64,000 bases of DNA, taken from assembly GCA_017936565.1 (NCBI GenBank), contig JAGBFG010000025.1, positions 9,347 to 73,346 of the forward strand, written 5' to 3'. The stretch comes from Clostridia bacterium (GTDB taxonomy: Bacteria > Bacillota > Clostridia > Oscillospirales > CAG-272). Below the pieces are notes generated by a model. The model saw only the letters and a program-made list of their open reading frames with translations, had not been told where the DNA came from and made no database searches. Each line of letters starts with the position of its first letter. Within the stretch, counting starts at the first letter, position 1. The position numbers and the translations under genes are program-made. This document shows, piece by piece, positions 29,693 to 38,788 of the stretch.

Positions 29693-29745
29693 ACAGCGCA
29701 AATTAAGCAATTCAATAAAAGGATTTTCGCCCCGGTCTGCACTTT

Positions 29746-29812
29746 GTTTTGGAAATATTCCGTTTCCGCTTGCGGAACGCAGTTGTTTAGACTGCGAGGA
29801 ATATTTCGGGAC
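29746..29812 (+). other. Branched palindromic element between convergent genes
   Basis: Closing stem GAAATATTCC/GGAATATTTC encloses two internal hairpins (TTCCGC-tt-GCGGAA; GCAGT..ACTGC). Confidence 0.55.
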
Positions 29813-29868
29813 GGCGTAAATTGAACTTTATTTTATCGCTAACTGTGCACGCCGTCTGTGGGATCCTT

Positions 29869-30780
29869 TTATTTTTTCTTTACGAAGTGCTGCACGCCCC
29901 AAACGCCGACTATAATCATTGCCGAAGCGAAAAAGGCGATGGGCGCATGCTCTTCCTTCAAAATGAAGACCCCTGCAAGAAGAGAAACCACCGTTGTGAT
30001 ATTGGAAAAGGCGGTGGAGCGGGAAATGGGCAAATAGGTGTTGGCGTAATTGATGCAAAAGAAGGCGACAACAGAGGAAAGCACGCCCAAAAACCCGACA
30101 GAAACCAAAAACTCTCCTTGGGTCAGGGGTAAGACCAACCCCTCTAAATTGTGTATGTTCTCTATAAAGGCCAACAACGAAAAGGAGACGCTTGCCAACA
30201 AAAACATCATATAGGTGCGCTCAAAGGAAGTAAACTCCTCTGCGTTTTTTCGGCTGACAAAATTAAAGCCTGCGGCAGAAAGCATAGCGCCTAAAAGCAG
30301 CAAAAACACCCAGATGCTCGTTTTACCGACGGGGGAATCGCCAAGAGATATAATCACAACGCCGACAACCGACAAAATGCTGAAAAGAATTTGTAAGGGG
30401 GTCGGTTTTTCCTTTAAGAACAGAAGCCCAAGCAAAAGCGCAACCACGGGAATCAAGGCAATCATCACCGCGGAAAGCACGGTATTCGTTTGCTGCAAGG
30501 CGTAGTTTTCGCATATAAAATACGCCACGGGCTGCAAGAGCCCCAAGGGAACCAATTTCCACCATTTTTTGCCCCTTACGGTAAGAAGGGACGGGCGGCA
30601 AGCCCAAATAACATTCATAACCAGAAACGCCAAAAGAAAGCGATAGCTGAGCAGAATAAAGGGTGTAACCTTGACTGCGGTAACGTTAAACGCCGTCTTG
30701 GAAAACAAAAAGCTGAATCCAAAAATGATGTTTCCCAAGGCAGCCATTGCCATAGCGGGAATTTGCTTGTTTTTTATCAT
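29869..30780 (-). CDS. DMT/EamA family transporter
   Basis: About 10 TM helices; GFSFLFSK, RFLLAF, LKEK and LKEE repeat signature. Confidence 0.9.
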   Translation of the reverse strand: MIKNKQIPAMAMAALGNIIFGFSFLFSKTAFNVTAVKVTPFILLSYRFLLAFLVMNVIWACRPSLLTVRGKKWWKLVPLGLLQPVAYFICENYALQQTNTVLSAVMIALIPVVALLLGLLFLKEKPTPLQILFSILSVVGVVIISLGDSPVGKTSIWVFLLLLGAMLSAAGFNFVSRKNAEEFTSFERTYMMFLLASVSFSLLAFIENIHNLEGLVLPLTQGEFLVSVGFLGVLSSVVAFFCINYANTYLPISRSTAFSNITTVVSLLAGVFILKEEHAPIAFFASAMIIVGVWGVQHFVKKK

Positions 30781-30822
30781 ACAGTCACCTGAATTTCTTT
30801 TTATAGACAAGGGATGCTTTTG

Positions 30823-31506
30823 TCAAAATTTTTCGCCTAAAACGAAAAACAGCGTCCAAGGAAAGCGAGAGGGCGGGTGGGCTTCAAAGCGCCTTTCGTT
30901 CCCCTTTCTATCCTTGAAGGTGACGCGGAAGGAATAGAGCGCGAGGGTATCGTTTCCTCGCCCGCCATACTTCCCGTCGCCATAAAGAGAATGCCCTCTT
31001 GACGCAAATTGCACACGGATTTGATGCGTTCTACCCGTATGTAAGCGCACTAAAACAAGAGAATAGACACTTCCCTTTTCTTCCGCTTCCTGCAAAACTC
31101 GGTAATCCAAAACGGCTTCCTTCACGCCCTTGCGTATTTTCTTTACCACAAAGGTTTTGTTTTTAGAGGAATCCTTGAAAAGAAAATCCCGTAGGGTTCC
31201 CTCTTTTTCCGCAAGGGAGCCCTCTACAACAGCCAAATATTCCTTGATATAGGTCTGGTGCTGCGAAACCGCCTGAGAATAATAAGCGGCGGCAAAAGAG
31301 GTTTTGACCAATACCATCACCCCACCGACGTTTCTGTCAAGACGGTTGACGGGGGTTATGGGAAAAGCTCCTTCCCTTTCTTTGTCAAGCAAGGTAGCAA
31401 CGGAAAGAGAGTCCTCTTGGGAAGGGGCTGACAAAAGCCCTATGGGCTTATCCACCACCAAAAGCTCTTTATCGTCATAGAGAATGGGAATGTCATTTTT
31501 TGTCAT
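30823..31506 (-). CDS. RluA-family pseudouridine synthase
   Basis: VVDKPIG, NRLDR catalytic Asp, LHTGRTHQIRVQ, GDGKYG. Confidence 0.92.
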   Translation of the reverse strand: MTKNDIPILYDDKELLVVDKPIGLLSAPSQEDSLSVATLLDKEREGAFPITPVNRLDRNVGGVMVLVKTSFAAAYYSQAVSQHQTYIKEYLAVVEGSLAEKEGTLRDFLFKDSSKNKTFVVKKIRKGVKEAVLDYRVLQEAEEKGSVYSLVLVRLHTGRTHQIRVQFASRGHSLYGDGKYGGRGNDTLALYSFRVTFKDRKGNERRFEAHPPSRFPWTLFFVLGEKF

Positions 31507-32755
31507 CGCTTTCCGATTGCTTTCCTTTCTGTCTTCTTTTAGCGGCGCCTTCTTCAATTCCTATGGTGTTGCCAAGCGTAGAACCCAGCACCATAGCGCC
31601 GTGACCGTAACGGGAGCGAATGCCATCTACCGTATCCTCCAAGCGCGATGCCTTTTCCCGTTTTTCCACGTCCTCTTGATCGAAAAATCCAATCTGCTCG
31701 GTAAGGGTGTCCTTTCTTGCCAGGCTCATAGCCGTGATGGTCAGCATACGGATGGGACTACCCACAGAGAAGGACGATTCTAAAATTTCAAGAGCCTTGG
31801 CGGCTATCTCACGGGAAATGTCGGTGGGCGGAGAGATGGGCTTTTGACGCGAAAAGGTTTTGAGCATAGGCGTTTTCACCGTTACCGAAACAGTGCTACA
31901 CACCATTCCCTGCTTGCGCAAGCGATAAGCCACGTCCTCGGACAAGCTGTAAAGCGCCAGCTTCCATTCGGCTTTTGTGGTGATATCGTGGCGAAAGGTG
32001 ATACCGTTTCCAACGCTTTTGGCATCCTCCTTCTGATAAATAGAGGCAACGGGGCTGTTTTCTTCCCCGTTGGCATAGGAAAACAGCAAATCCCCCACCT
32101 TACCAAAGCGGCTTCTCAAAAAGGCGGGACTTGTCGCCGCCAATTCGCCGATGGTGCGAATATTGCAGGAAGCAAGAGAGAGCGCGGTCTGCTTTCCGAT
32201 AAACAGAAGCGAATCCACAGGCAAGGGGTATACAATATCCTTATAATTTTCACGGCTTATGACCGTAACAGCGTCAGGCTTTTTATAGTCGCTTCCCAGC
32301 TTAGCAAAAATTTTATTAAAGGAAACGCCAACCGAAACGGTAATCCCAAGCTCTTCCTTCACCGCCTTGCGTATAGACTCGGCGATTTGGTAGCCGTCGC
32401 CGAACAAGGCGCGGCTATTGGTTACGTCAAGCCAGGCCTCGTCCATTCCGAAGGGCTCTACCAAATCGGTATACCGCTCATAAATGCGGCGGACCATTCC
32501 CGAAAAATAGGCATACTTTTCATAGTGAGGCGGAACAAGCACCAAATCCTTGCATTTTTGCTTGGCAGACCAAACGGTTTCCGCCGTCTTAATGCCGTAT
32601 TGCTTGGCAAGCTCGTTTTTGGCTAATATAATGCCGTGTCTGGCTTCCACATCGCCCGCCACCGCCATCGGTACGTTTCGGTAGGAAGGATAGTCCACGC
32701 ATTCAACCGAGGCAAAAAAGCTATTGCAGTCACAGTGCAGTATCGTTCTTTCCAT
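31493..32755 (-). CDS. dinB: DNA polymerase IV
   Basis: ILHCDCNSFFASVE, AKQYGIKT, MDEAWLD, NKIFAKLGSDYKKPD. Confidence 0.95.
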   Translation of the reverse strand: MERTILHCDCNSFFASVECVDYPSYRNVPMAVAGDVEARHGIILAKNELAKQYGIKTAETVWSAKQKCKDLVLVPPHYEKYAYFSGMVRRIYERYTDLVEPFGMDEAWLDVTNSRALFGDGYQIAESIRKAVKEELGITVSVGVSFNKIFAKLGSDYKKPDAVTVISRENYKDIVYPLPVDSLLFIGKQTALSLASCNIRTIGELAATSPAFLRSRFGKVGDLLFSYANGEENSPVASIYQKEDAKSVGNGITFRHDITTKAEWKLALYSLSEDVAYRLRKQGMVCSTVSVTVKTPMLKTFSRQKPISPPTDISREIAAKALEILESSFSVGSPIRMLTITAMSLARKDTLTEQIGFFDQEDVEKREKASRLEDTVDGIRSRYGHGAMVLGSTLGNTIGIEEGAAKRRQKGKQSESDDKK

Positions 32756-32781
32756 ATCCTTCCCTTCGCTTTATTTGAATT

Positions 32782-34233
32782 TTATTTTTCGGCAGACGGA
32801 AACGAGAGCGCAAAACGGCAGTATTTTCCATACTCGCTTGAAACGGAAATCTCTCCGTTATGAGACTCAACGAGGCTCTTCACAATATAGAGCCCCAAGC
32901 CGACTCCGTTCTTATCTAACCCGCGGCTTTTATCGCTTTTATAGAATTTGTCAAAGACATAGGGTAAATCCTCCTCGGGAATGCCCTGCCCCTCATTGTA
33001 GACCGAGAAAACGACTGTATCCTTCTCGCCCTTTTCAATATTGATTTGCAGTCTGCCCTTGGAAAAAGAAAACTTCAAGGCGTTCTCGCAAAGATTGTAA
33101 AGAACCTGATGCAGAGCATCCGCGTCCGCGGTTATATACAAGGAGTCCTCCTCTGCCTCAAAGGAAACGTCGAGCTCCTTTTCTTCGATTTGCGCCTCAA
33201 AGGAGATCAGAACCAGTCTTGCGGTTTCGCAAATGTTACAGGGGGCAAAGTGCAGCCTTCTCTCTCCCGACTCCAAACGGGAGATATCCAAAATCTGCGA
33301 CACCAGACGCGAAAGACGGTGAATTTCAGAAGAAATCAAATTCAAATAATAGGGATGCTTTTCGGGGGGAATGGCGCCGCTGTTAATGCCTTCTATAAAG
33401 CCCGCGATGGACGTCATCGGCGTGCGCAAATCGTGAGAAACGTTGGCTAAAAAGGAATTACGCATTTTTTCCAATCTATCCAAGTCCTCTGCCATTTGAT
33501 TGAAGGCGGAGGAAAGCTCTGCTATTTCATCCTGCCCAATGACATCGATACGGGAAGAAAAATTCCCCTTCGCGTAGGACTCGGCGGCATCACTCATACG
33601 CTTGATGGGGTCAACCATACGCTCCGTGATAAAATACACCGCAATCAAGGTTGCCAGCATCACCCAAATACAAGACATCAAAACCGTTTGGGTTGTGGCG
33701 TCAAGCAGCTGTGCGCGGTTTGGCGAGATGGCAAAGACGAAGACAAAGCCATCGCTTTCTTCGCCGCCTTCATCGATATTGATAGGAGAAAAGGACAAGG
33801 GGTATTTATCCTCTATCAGTATAGAGGATGCAGCATTTGGATTTCCCGCCTGCAAAAGCCAGACCTCTTCTAAAAATTCCTTATTTATCTGATTTGGCAC
33901 CTTATCCTCTACGTTTTGGGTTTTAAAAAGCACCAGCCCATCCGCACGCACAATAAAAGCGCCTGCTTCTTCAAGCCCTGCTATATGCTCTTCTATTTCA
34001 GACGCCACCTTCTCATCCAACGATAAAAGCGCGGCAAACGGCTCGTCCTTTTCCGAAAAGGAAATTTCTACGGTGGCAGAAAACAGCTTTGCTGTTTTAT
34101 AGATATCGTCTGCCTTGTGCGTGTTTATATGCTCTGTTACGACAGAGGAAATGACTGTCGCTAAAATAAAAAGGCTAAAAAGAATAATCAACGAAAGCCA
34201 GGTCACAAATTTCAAAAAAACACTCTTAAACAT
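32782..34233 (-). CDS. Sensor histidine kinase (2 TM, HAMP, HisKA, HATPase)
   Basis: DEIAELSSAFNQM, NVSHDLRTPM, NLCENALKF, GQGI, FDKFYK, GLGLYIVK. Confidence 0.93.
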   Translation of the reverse strand: MFKSVFLKFVTWLSLIILFSLFILATVISSVVTEHINTHKADDIYKTAKLFSATVEISFSEKDEPFAALLSLDEKVASEIEEHIAGLEEAGAFIVRADGLVLFKTQNVEDKVPNQINKEFLEEVWLLQAGNPNAASSILIEDKYPLSFSPINIDEGGEESDGFVFVFAISPNRAQLLDATTQTVLMSCIWVMLATLIAVYFITERMVDPIKRMSDAAESYAKGNFSSRIDVIGQDEIAELSSAFNQMAEDLDRLEKMRNSFLANVSHDLRTPMTSIAGFIEGINSGAIPPEKHPYYLNLISSEIHRLSRLVSQILDISRLESGERRLHFAPCNICETARLVLISFEAQIEEKELDVSFEAEEDSLYITADADALHQVLYNLCENALKFSFSKGRLQINIEKGEKDTVVFSVYNEGQGIPEEDLPYVFDKFYKSDKSRGLDKNGVGLGLYIVKSLVESHNGEISVSSEYGKYCRFALSFPSAEK

Positions 34234-34266
34234 AGAAACTCCCGTATCTCTCTTTTCTTTCCCCTT

Positions 34267-34295
34267 ATTATACAACCTTTCCGCCTCTCTGTCAA
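34267..34295 (-). promoter_or_regulatory. Sigma-A promoter for the kinase-dinB-rluA-DMT run
   Basis: Minus strand perfect TTGACA-17-TATAAT. Confidence 0.8.
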
Positions 34296-34348
34296 GGAAG
34301 GAAAACAAAAACTTTCCATTAAAAAATATAAATAATTCAGAAAATCGG

Positions 34349-34377
34349 TTGACGGTTTTTGGGTTTTGTGCTATACT
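34349..34377 (+). promoter_or_regulatory. Sigma-A promoter for the gltX operon
   Basis: TTGACG-17-TATACT with TG. Confidence 0.75.
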
Positions 34378-34475
34378 GTATTGGTAAAAATATTTTGCCC
34401 GAAATAGCGGTCTTAAACCCCTTTTGAGCAAACAAAGGCGTTTTGTAACGCAACGAACAAGAAAGGTACTTTACT

Positions 34476-35927
34476 ATGGACAGAAATATTGTGACTCGCT
34501 TTGCACCCAGTCCTACGGGATATATGCACATCGGCAACCTGCGTACCGCGCTTTACTCCTTTTTAATTGCCAAGCACCAAGACGGCTGCTTCATTTTGCG
34601 CATTGAGGACACGGACCGGGAAAGGCTGGTCGAGGGCGCTGAGGACGTGATAAAATCCACCTTAGCCACCACAAAATTAACCTATGACGAAGGTCCTGAC
34701 GTTGGCGGCGAGCACGGTCCCTACGTGCAAAGTCAACGCAAGGAAATCTATATGGAATACGCCAAAAAGCTGGTAGAAAGCGGGCACGCCTACTACTGCT
34801 TCTGCACCAAGGAGCGCTTGGAGCAGCTGCACGAGGAAGACGCAACGGGCGGGTATGACCGCCATTGCCGCAATTTATCCAAGGAAGAGGTTGCGGAAAA
34901 TCTGGCAAAGGGACTTCCCTTTGTTATCCGTCAAAAAATGCCCTTAGAGGGGCGCACGACCTATACCGACGCGGTTTTTGGTGAAATCGGCTGTGACAAC
35001 GTTGAGCTGCAAGACCAAATCCTGATGAAGGCGGACGGATATCCCACCTATAACTTCTGCCACGTGATCGATGACTATTTGATGGGTGTTACCCACGTTG
35101 TGCGCGGCAGCGAATACCTCACAAGCACCCCCAAATACGCCCTTCTTTACGATTCCTTCGGCTGGCCCCGTCCTATATACGTTCACCTCCCTCTTTTGAT
35201 GGGAAAGAACGCTGACGGCAGCGTTTCCAAGCTTTCCAAGCGGCACGGCGCTGTGTCCTTCCAGGATTTAGTGGCAGACGGCTATCTGCCCGAGGCTATT
35301 ATCAACTATATCGCGCTTTTGGGCTGGTGCCCCAAGGGTGAGGACGCGACAACGGAATTTTTCTCCTTAGAGGACTTGAAGAAGGTCTTTACCATCGAGG
35401 CGATTAACAAATCCCCCGCTGTTTTTGACTTTGACAAGCTTTTATGGTTCAACGGCGAATATATCAAAAAAATGGATAAGGACACCTATCTTTCCTTGGC
35501 AAAGGAATTTGTTAACTTTTCCGTTCCCTCTTCCATTCAGTTAGACAAGCTGCTGCTTTTGTTGCAGGGGCGCATCGGTAAGCTTTCCGAAATTGCCGAA
35601 AAGGCAGCCTTTTTCCTTGCTCTTCCCGACTATGACAAGAGCCTTTTTGAAAACAAAAAGAACAAGGTCACCCCTGACCTTGCGCTTGCCGTTTTGCAGG
35701 AAGCCCTTCCCTTGCTTGAACAGCTGACCGTCTTTGACAACGACTCTATTTATAACGCGCTTTTACAGATTGCCGAGAAGCTCTCTTGCAAATCGGGCGC
35801 TGTTATGTGGAGTCTGCGCATCGCGGTTTCCGGTCTTGCGGTAACGCCGGGCGGCGCTACTGAAATTATGGAAGTCATCGGCAAGGAAGAAACCCTTCGC
35901 CGTATCGGTGTGGCATTAGCAAAATAA
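34476..35927 (+). CDS. gltX: Glutamate--tRNA ligase
   Basis: RFAPSPTGYMHIGN, LRIEDTD, YYCFC, KLSKRHG. Confidence 0.97.
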   Translation: MDRNIVTRFAPSPTGYMHIGNLRTALYSFLIAKHQDGCFILRIEDTDRERLVEGAEDVIKSTLATTKLTYDEGPDVGGEHGPYVQSQRKEIYMEYAKKLVESGHAYYCFCTKERLEQLHEEDATGGYDRHCRNLSKEEVAENLAKGLPFVIRQKMPLEGRTTYTDAVFGEIGCDNVELQDQILMKADGYPTYNFCHVIDDYLMGVTHVVRGSEYLTSTPKYALLYDSFGWPRPIYVHLPLLMGKNADGSVSKLSKRHGAVSFQDLVADGYLPEAIINYIALLGWCPKGEDATTEFFSLEDLKKVFTIEAINKSPAVFDFDKLLWFNGEYIKKMDKDTYLSLAKEFVNFSVPSSIQLDKLLLLLQGRIGKLSEIAEKAAFFLALPDYDKSLFENKKNKVTPDLALAVLQEALPLLEQLTVFDNDSIYNALLQIAEKLSCKSGAVMWSLRIAVSGLAVTPGGATEIMEVIGKEETLRRIGVALAK

Positions 35928-35953
35928 CTTTTCGTACGAAAGGCAACAAACGG

Positions 35954-36817
35954 ATGGAAACGAAAAAAAGTATCGCGACATTGATTTCCGAAAAGATGTC
36001 CGCTTTTTCCAAGAGTCAAAAAAGAATAGCATCCGTCATTCTGGAAAACTACGACAAGGCCGCCTATATGACCGCGGCAAGGCTCGGGGAGCTTTGTGAC
36101 GTTTCCGAATCTACCGTTGTGCGCTTTGCCATTGAGCTTGGCTATGACGGCTATCCCGAAATGCAGCACGCCGTCCAAGAGCTTGTGCGTACCAAGCTGA
36201 CCCCCAAGCAACGCATAGAAATTACCGACATGCGCATTGGAAACGGCAATTTGCTTGACGCGATATTAAATGCCGACAGAGAGCGCATAAAATTCACCTT
36301 GGAGCATACGGACAGAAACGCCTTTGAGCAGGCAGTGGACACCTTGCTTGCCGCCAAGAATATTTATATTTTCGGCGCGCGCTCCTCTTCCTCGTTGGCA
36401 ACCTTTTTGAATTTTAATTTGGAGCTTATTTTCGACAACGTGAAATCCATTCGCTCCTCTTCTTCCAGCGAGGTTTTTGAGCAAATTCTGCCCATTGAAA
36501 AGGGGGACGTTCTCTTTGCCATTTCCTTTCCTCGCTATTCCAAAAAAATCATCAACGCCGTAACCTATGCCAAGGAAGAGGGGGCAAGCGTCATTGCCCT
36601 GACCGACTCGCCGCTATCTCCCTTGTGTGAGCATGCGGACTGCGTTTTGACCGCACAGAGCGATATGGCGTCCTTTGTGGACTCCTTGGTCGCACCCATG
36701 AGCATTCTGAACGCCATTTTGGTCGCCATAGCGCAACGGCGGCGGTCAGATATTATCACTCGTTTTGACAAATTGGAGCGTCTTTGGGATGAATTCGATG
36801 TCTACGAAAAGCACTAA
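35954..36817 (+). CDS. MurR/RpiR-family transcriptional regulator
   Basis: VSESTVVRFAIELGYDGY HTH; SIS domain ISFPRYS, TDS..SPL. Confidence 0.93.
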   Translation: METKKSIATLISEKMSAFSKSQKRIASVILENYDKAAYMTAARLGELCDVSESTVVRFAIELGYDGYPEMQHAVQELVRTKLTPKQRIEITDMRIGNGNLLDAILNADRERIKFTLEHTDRNAFEQAVDTLLAAKNIYIFGARSSSSLATFLNFNLELIFDNVKSIRSSSSSEVFEQILPIEKGDVLFAISFPRYSKKIINAVTYAKEEGASVIALTDSPLSPLCEHADCVLTAQSDMASFVDSLVAPMSILNAILVAIAQRRRSDIITRFDKLERLWDEFDVYEKH

Positions 36818-38039
36818 ACAAATCGCCGTCATAGGCGCGGGGGCGGCAGGTATGGTAGCGGCAGGGGCGGCGCTTCAAAGCGGCGCTTCCGTCACTGTTT
36901 TTGAGCATAAGGACAGACCCTTGAAAAAGCTGCGCATTACGGGAAAGGGACGGTGTAACCTGACAAACGACTGCACGGTTCCCGAGTTTTTGAACAACGT
37001 CATTGCCAACCCCCGTTTTTTGTATACTGCCCTTTCTCATCTTTCTCCCGAGGATACGAAGGCTCTTTTTGAGGGCTTGGGCGTTCCCTTAAAGACAGAG
37101 AGAGGCAACCGCGTTTTTCCCTTATCGGACAAGGCGGCGGACATAGCAGAGGCTCTTATGCGCTATGCAAAGGGCGCTTTCCTTTGCTATGAAAGGGTGC
37201 AAGGTGTTTTAGTGGAAGAGGGACGCGTGCTTGGCGTTCTTACCTCTCAAAAACGCCTTTTTGATGCCGTTATTTTAGCCACAGGTGGTCTTTCTTACCC
37301 ATTGACAGGCTCTGATGGCTCGGGGCTTGCTATGGCAAGAGCGCTCGGTCACACCATTGTGCCGCCCGTTCCTTCCTTGGTGCCGATCACCTCTTCGGAC
37401 GGCTCTTGCCCCGCTATGCAGGGGCTATCCCTTAAAAACGTGGGCTTGCGCATTGTAAACAAGGAAACCAGAAAGGTCTTGTATCAGGACTTCGGGGAAA
37501 TGATGTTTACCCATTTTGGCTTGACGGGACCTATGATACTCTCCGCCTCTGCTCATTTAAGAGGAATGGACCTTTCCGCGCTTGAAGCCTTGATCGATAT
37601 GAAACCCGCGCTCGATGAAAAGACACTTGACCGCCGACTTCTTTCCGATTTTGAAAGGTTTTGCAACCGCAATTTCTCTCACGCGCTTTCTGACCTTTTG
37701 CCCACAAAAATGATTCCTGTTATGATAGAAAGGGTCAATATCGCGCCTGACAAAAAGGTGAACCTCATTACAAAGGAAGAGCGAAAGCGACTTTTAGATA
37801 CGATAAAGGCATTTCCTGTCAGCCTTGCGGGTTTTCGCCCGATATCCGAGGCAATCGTCACCTCAGGGGGTGTTTGCACGAAGGAAATCAACCCAAAAAC
37901 GATGGCTTCCCGCCTTGTTGAAGGCTTGTATTTCGCGGGGGAAATGATTGACGTTGACGCTTATACGGGCGGCTTTAATTTGCAAATCGCGTTTTCCACA
38001 GGGCATTTAGCCGGAACCTCGGCTGCTTTGGCTGAATGA
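36798..38039 (+). CDS. HI0933/YhiN-family flavoprotein
   Basis: IGAGAAG, ITGKGRCNLTN, ATGGLSYPLTGSDG, FTHFGLTGP, TSGGV, GEMIDVDAYTGGFNLQ. Confidence 0.93.
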   Translation: MSTKSTKQIAVIGAGAAGMVAAGAALQSGASVTVFEHKDRPLKKLRITGKGRCNLTNDCTVPEFLNNVIANPRFLYTALSHLSPEDTKALFEGLGVPLKTERGNRVFPLSDKAADIAEALMRYAKGAFLCYERVQGVLVEEGRVLGVLTSQKRLFDAVILATGGLSYPLTGSDGSGLAMARALGHTIVPPVPSLVPITSSDGSCPAMQGLSLKNVGLRIVNKETRKVLYQDFGEMMFTHFGLTGPMILSASAHLRGMDLSALEALIDMKPALDEKTLDRRLLSDFERFCNRNFSHALSDLLPTKMIPVMIERVNIAPDKKVNLITKEERKRLLDTIKAFPVSLAGFRPISEAIVTSGGVCTKEINPKTMASRLVEGLYFAGEMIDVDAYTGGFNLQIAFSTGHLAGTSAALAE

Positions 38040-38082
38040 ATATACACTTGCTTGCCGCATAAGCGGCGGAACGGAGACTTTT

Positions 38083-38754
38083 ATGATTTATAAAATTGCA
38101 CTTGACGGACCAAGCGGCGCAGGTAAAAGCACCCTCGCCAAAAACATTGCATCGGCGCTGAATATTGTTTATGTTGACACGGGCGCACTGTACCGCTCTG
38201 TTGGGCTTTATATGCAGAAAAACAGTATTCTGCCCGAAAATACGCAAGGGGTGATTGCTGCCTTGCCCAAGGTCAAGCTGCAAATGAAATTTTTGGATGG
38301 GACCCAGCATATATATCTTTGCGGCGAGGACGTGAAGGACAGCATTCGCACCCCCGAGATTTCCATGTATGCTTCCAAGGTTTCCGCCATTCCCGAGGTG
38401 CGCACATTTCTCTTAAACACCCAAAGGGATATTGCCAAAACAACCAGCGTCATTATGGACGGCAGAGATATCGGCACGGTTATTTTTCCTGATGCCGATG
38501 TCAAAATTTTTCTGACCGCTTCCTTAGAGGCGCGGGCGCGCCGTCGCACAGAAGAATTGGCGCAAAAGGGGATTAACGAGCCCTATGAAAAGGTTTTGGC
38601 TGAAATGAAGGAAAGAGACAGCAATGACAGCACCCGAAAGGTCGCTCCCGCTGTTGCCGCCAAGGACGCTATTTTACTTGACAATTCTGATTTTTCCTTG
38701 GAGCAAACCTTCCAAGCGGCGCTCTCCATCATCAAGAGCCGCCTTGCCCTTTAA
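38083..38754 (+). CDS. cmk: Cytidylate kinase
   Basis: IALDGPSGAGKST, DTGALYR, MDGRDIGTVIFPDA. Confidence 0.97.
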   Translation: MIYKIALDGPSGAGKSTLAKNIASALNIVYVDTGALYRSVGLYMQKNSILPENTQGVIAALPKVKLQMKFLDGTQHIYLCGEDVKDSIRTPEISMYASKVSAIPEVRTFLLNTQRDIAKTTSVIMDGRDIGTVIFPDADVKIFLTASLEARARRRTEELAQKGINEPYEKVLAEMKERDSNDSTRKVAPAVAAKDAILLDNSDFSLEQTFQAALSIIKSRLAL

Positions 38755-38788
38755 CCGTTTATATCCATAAGAAAAGGAAAGGAATGAT

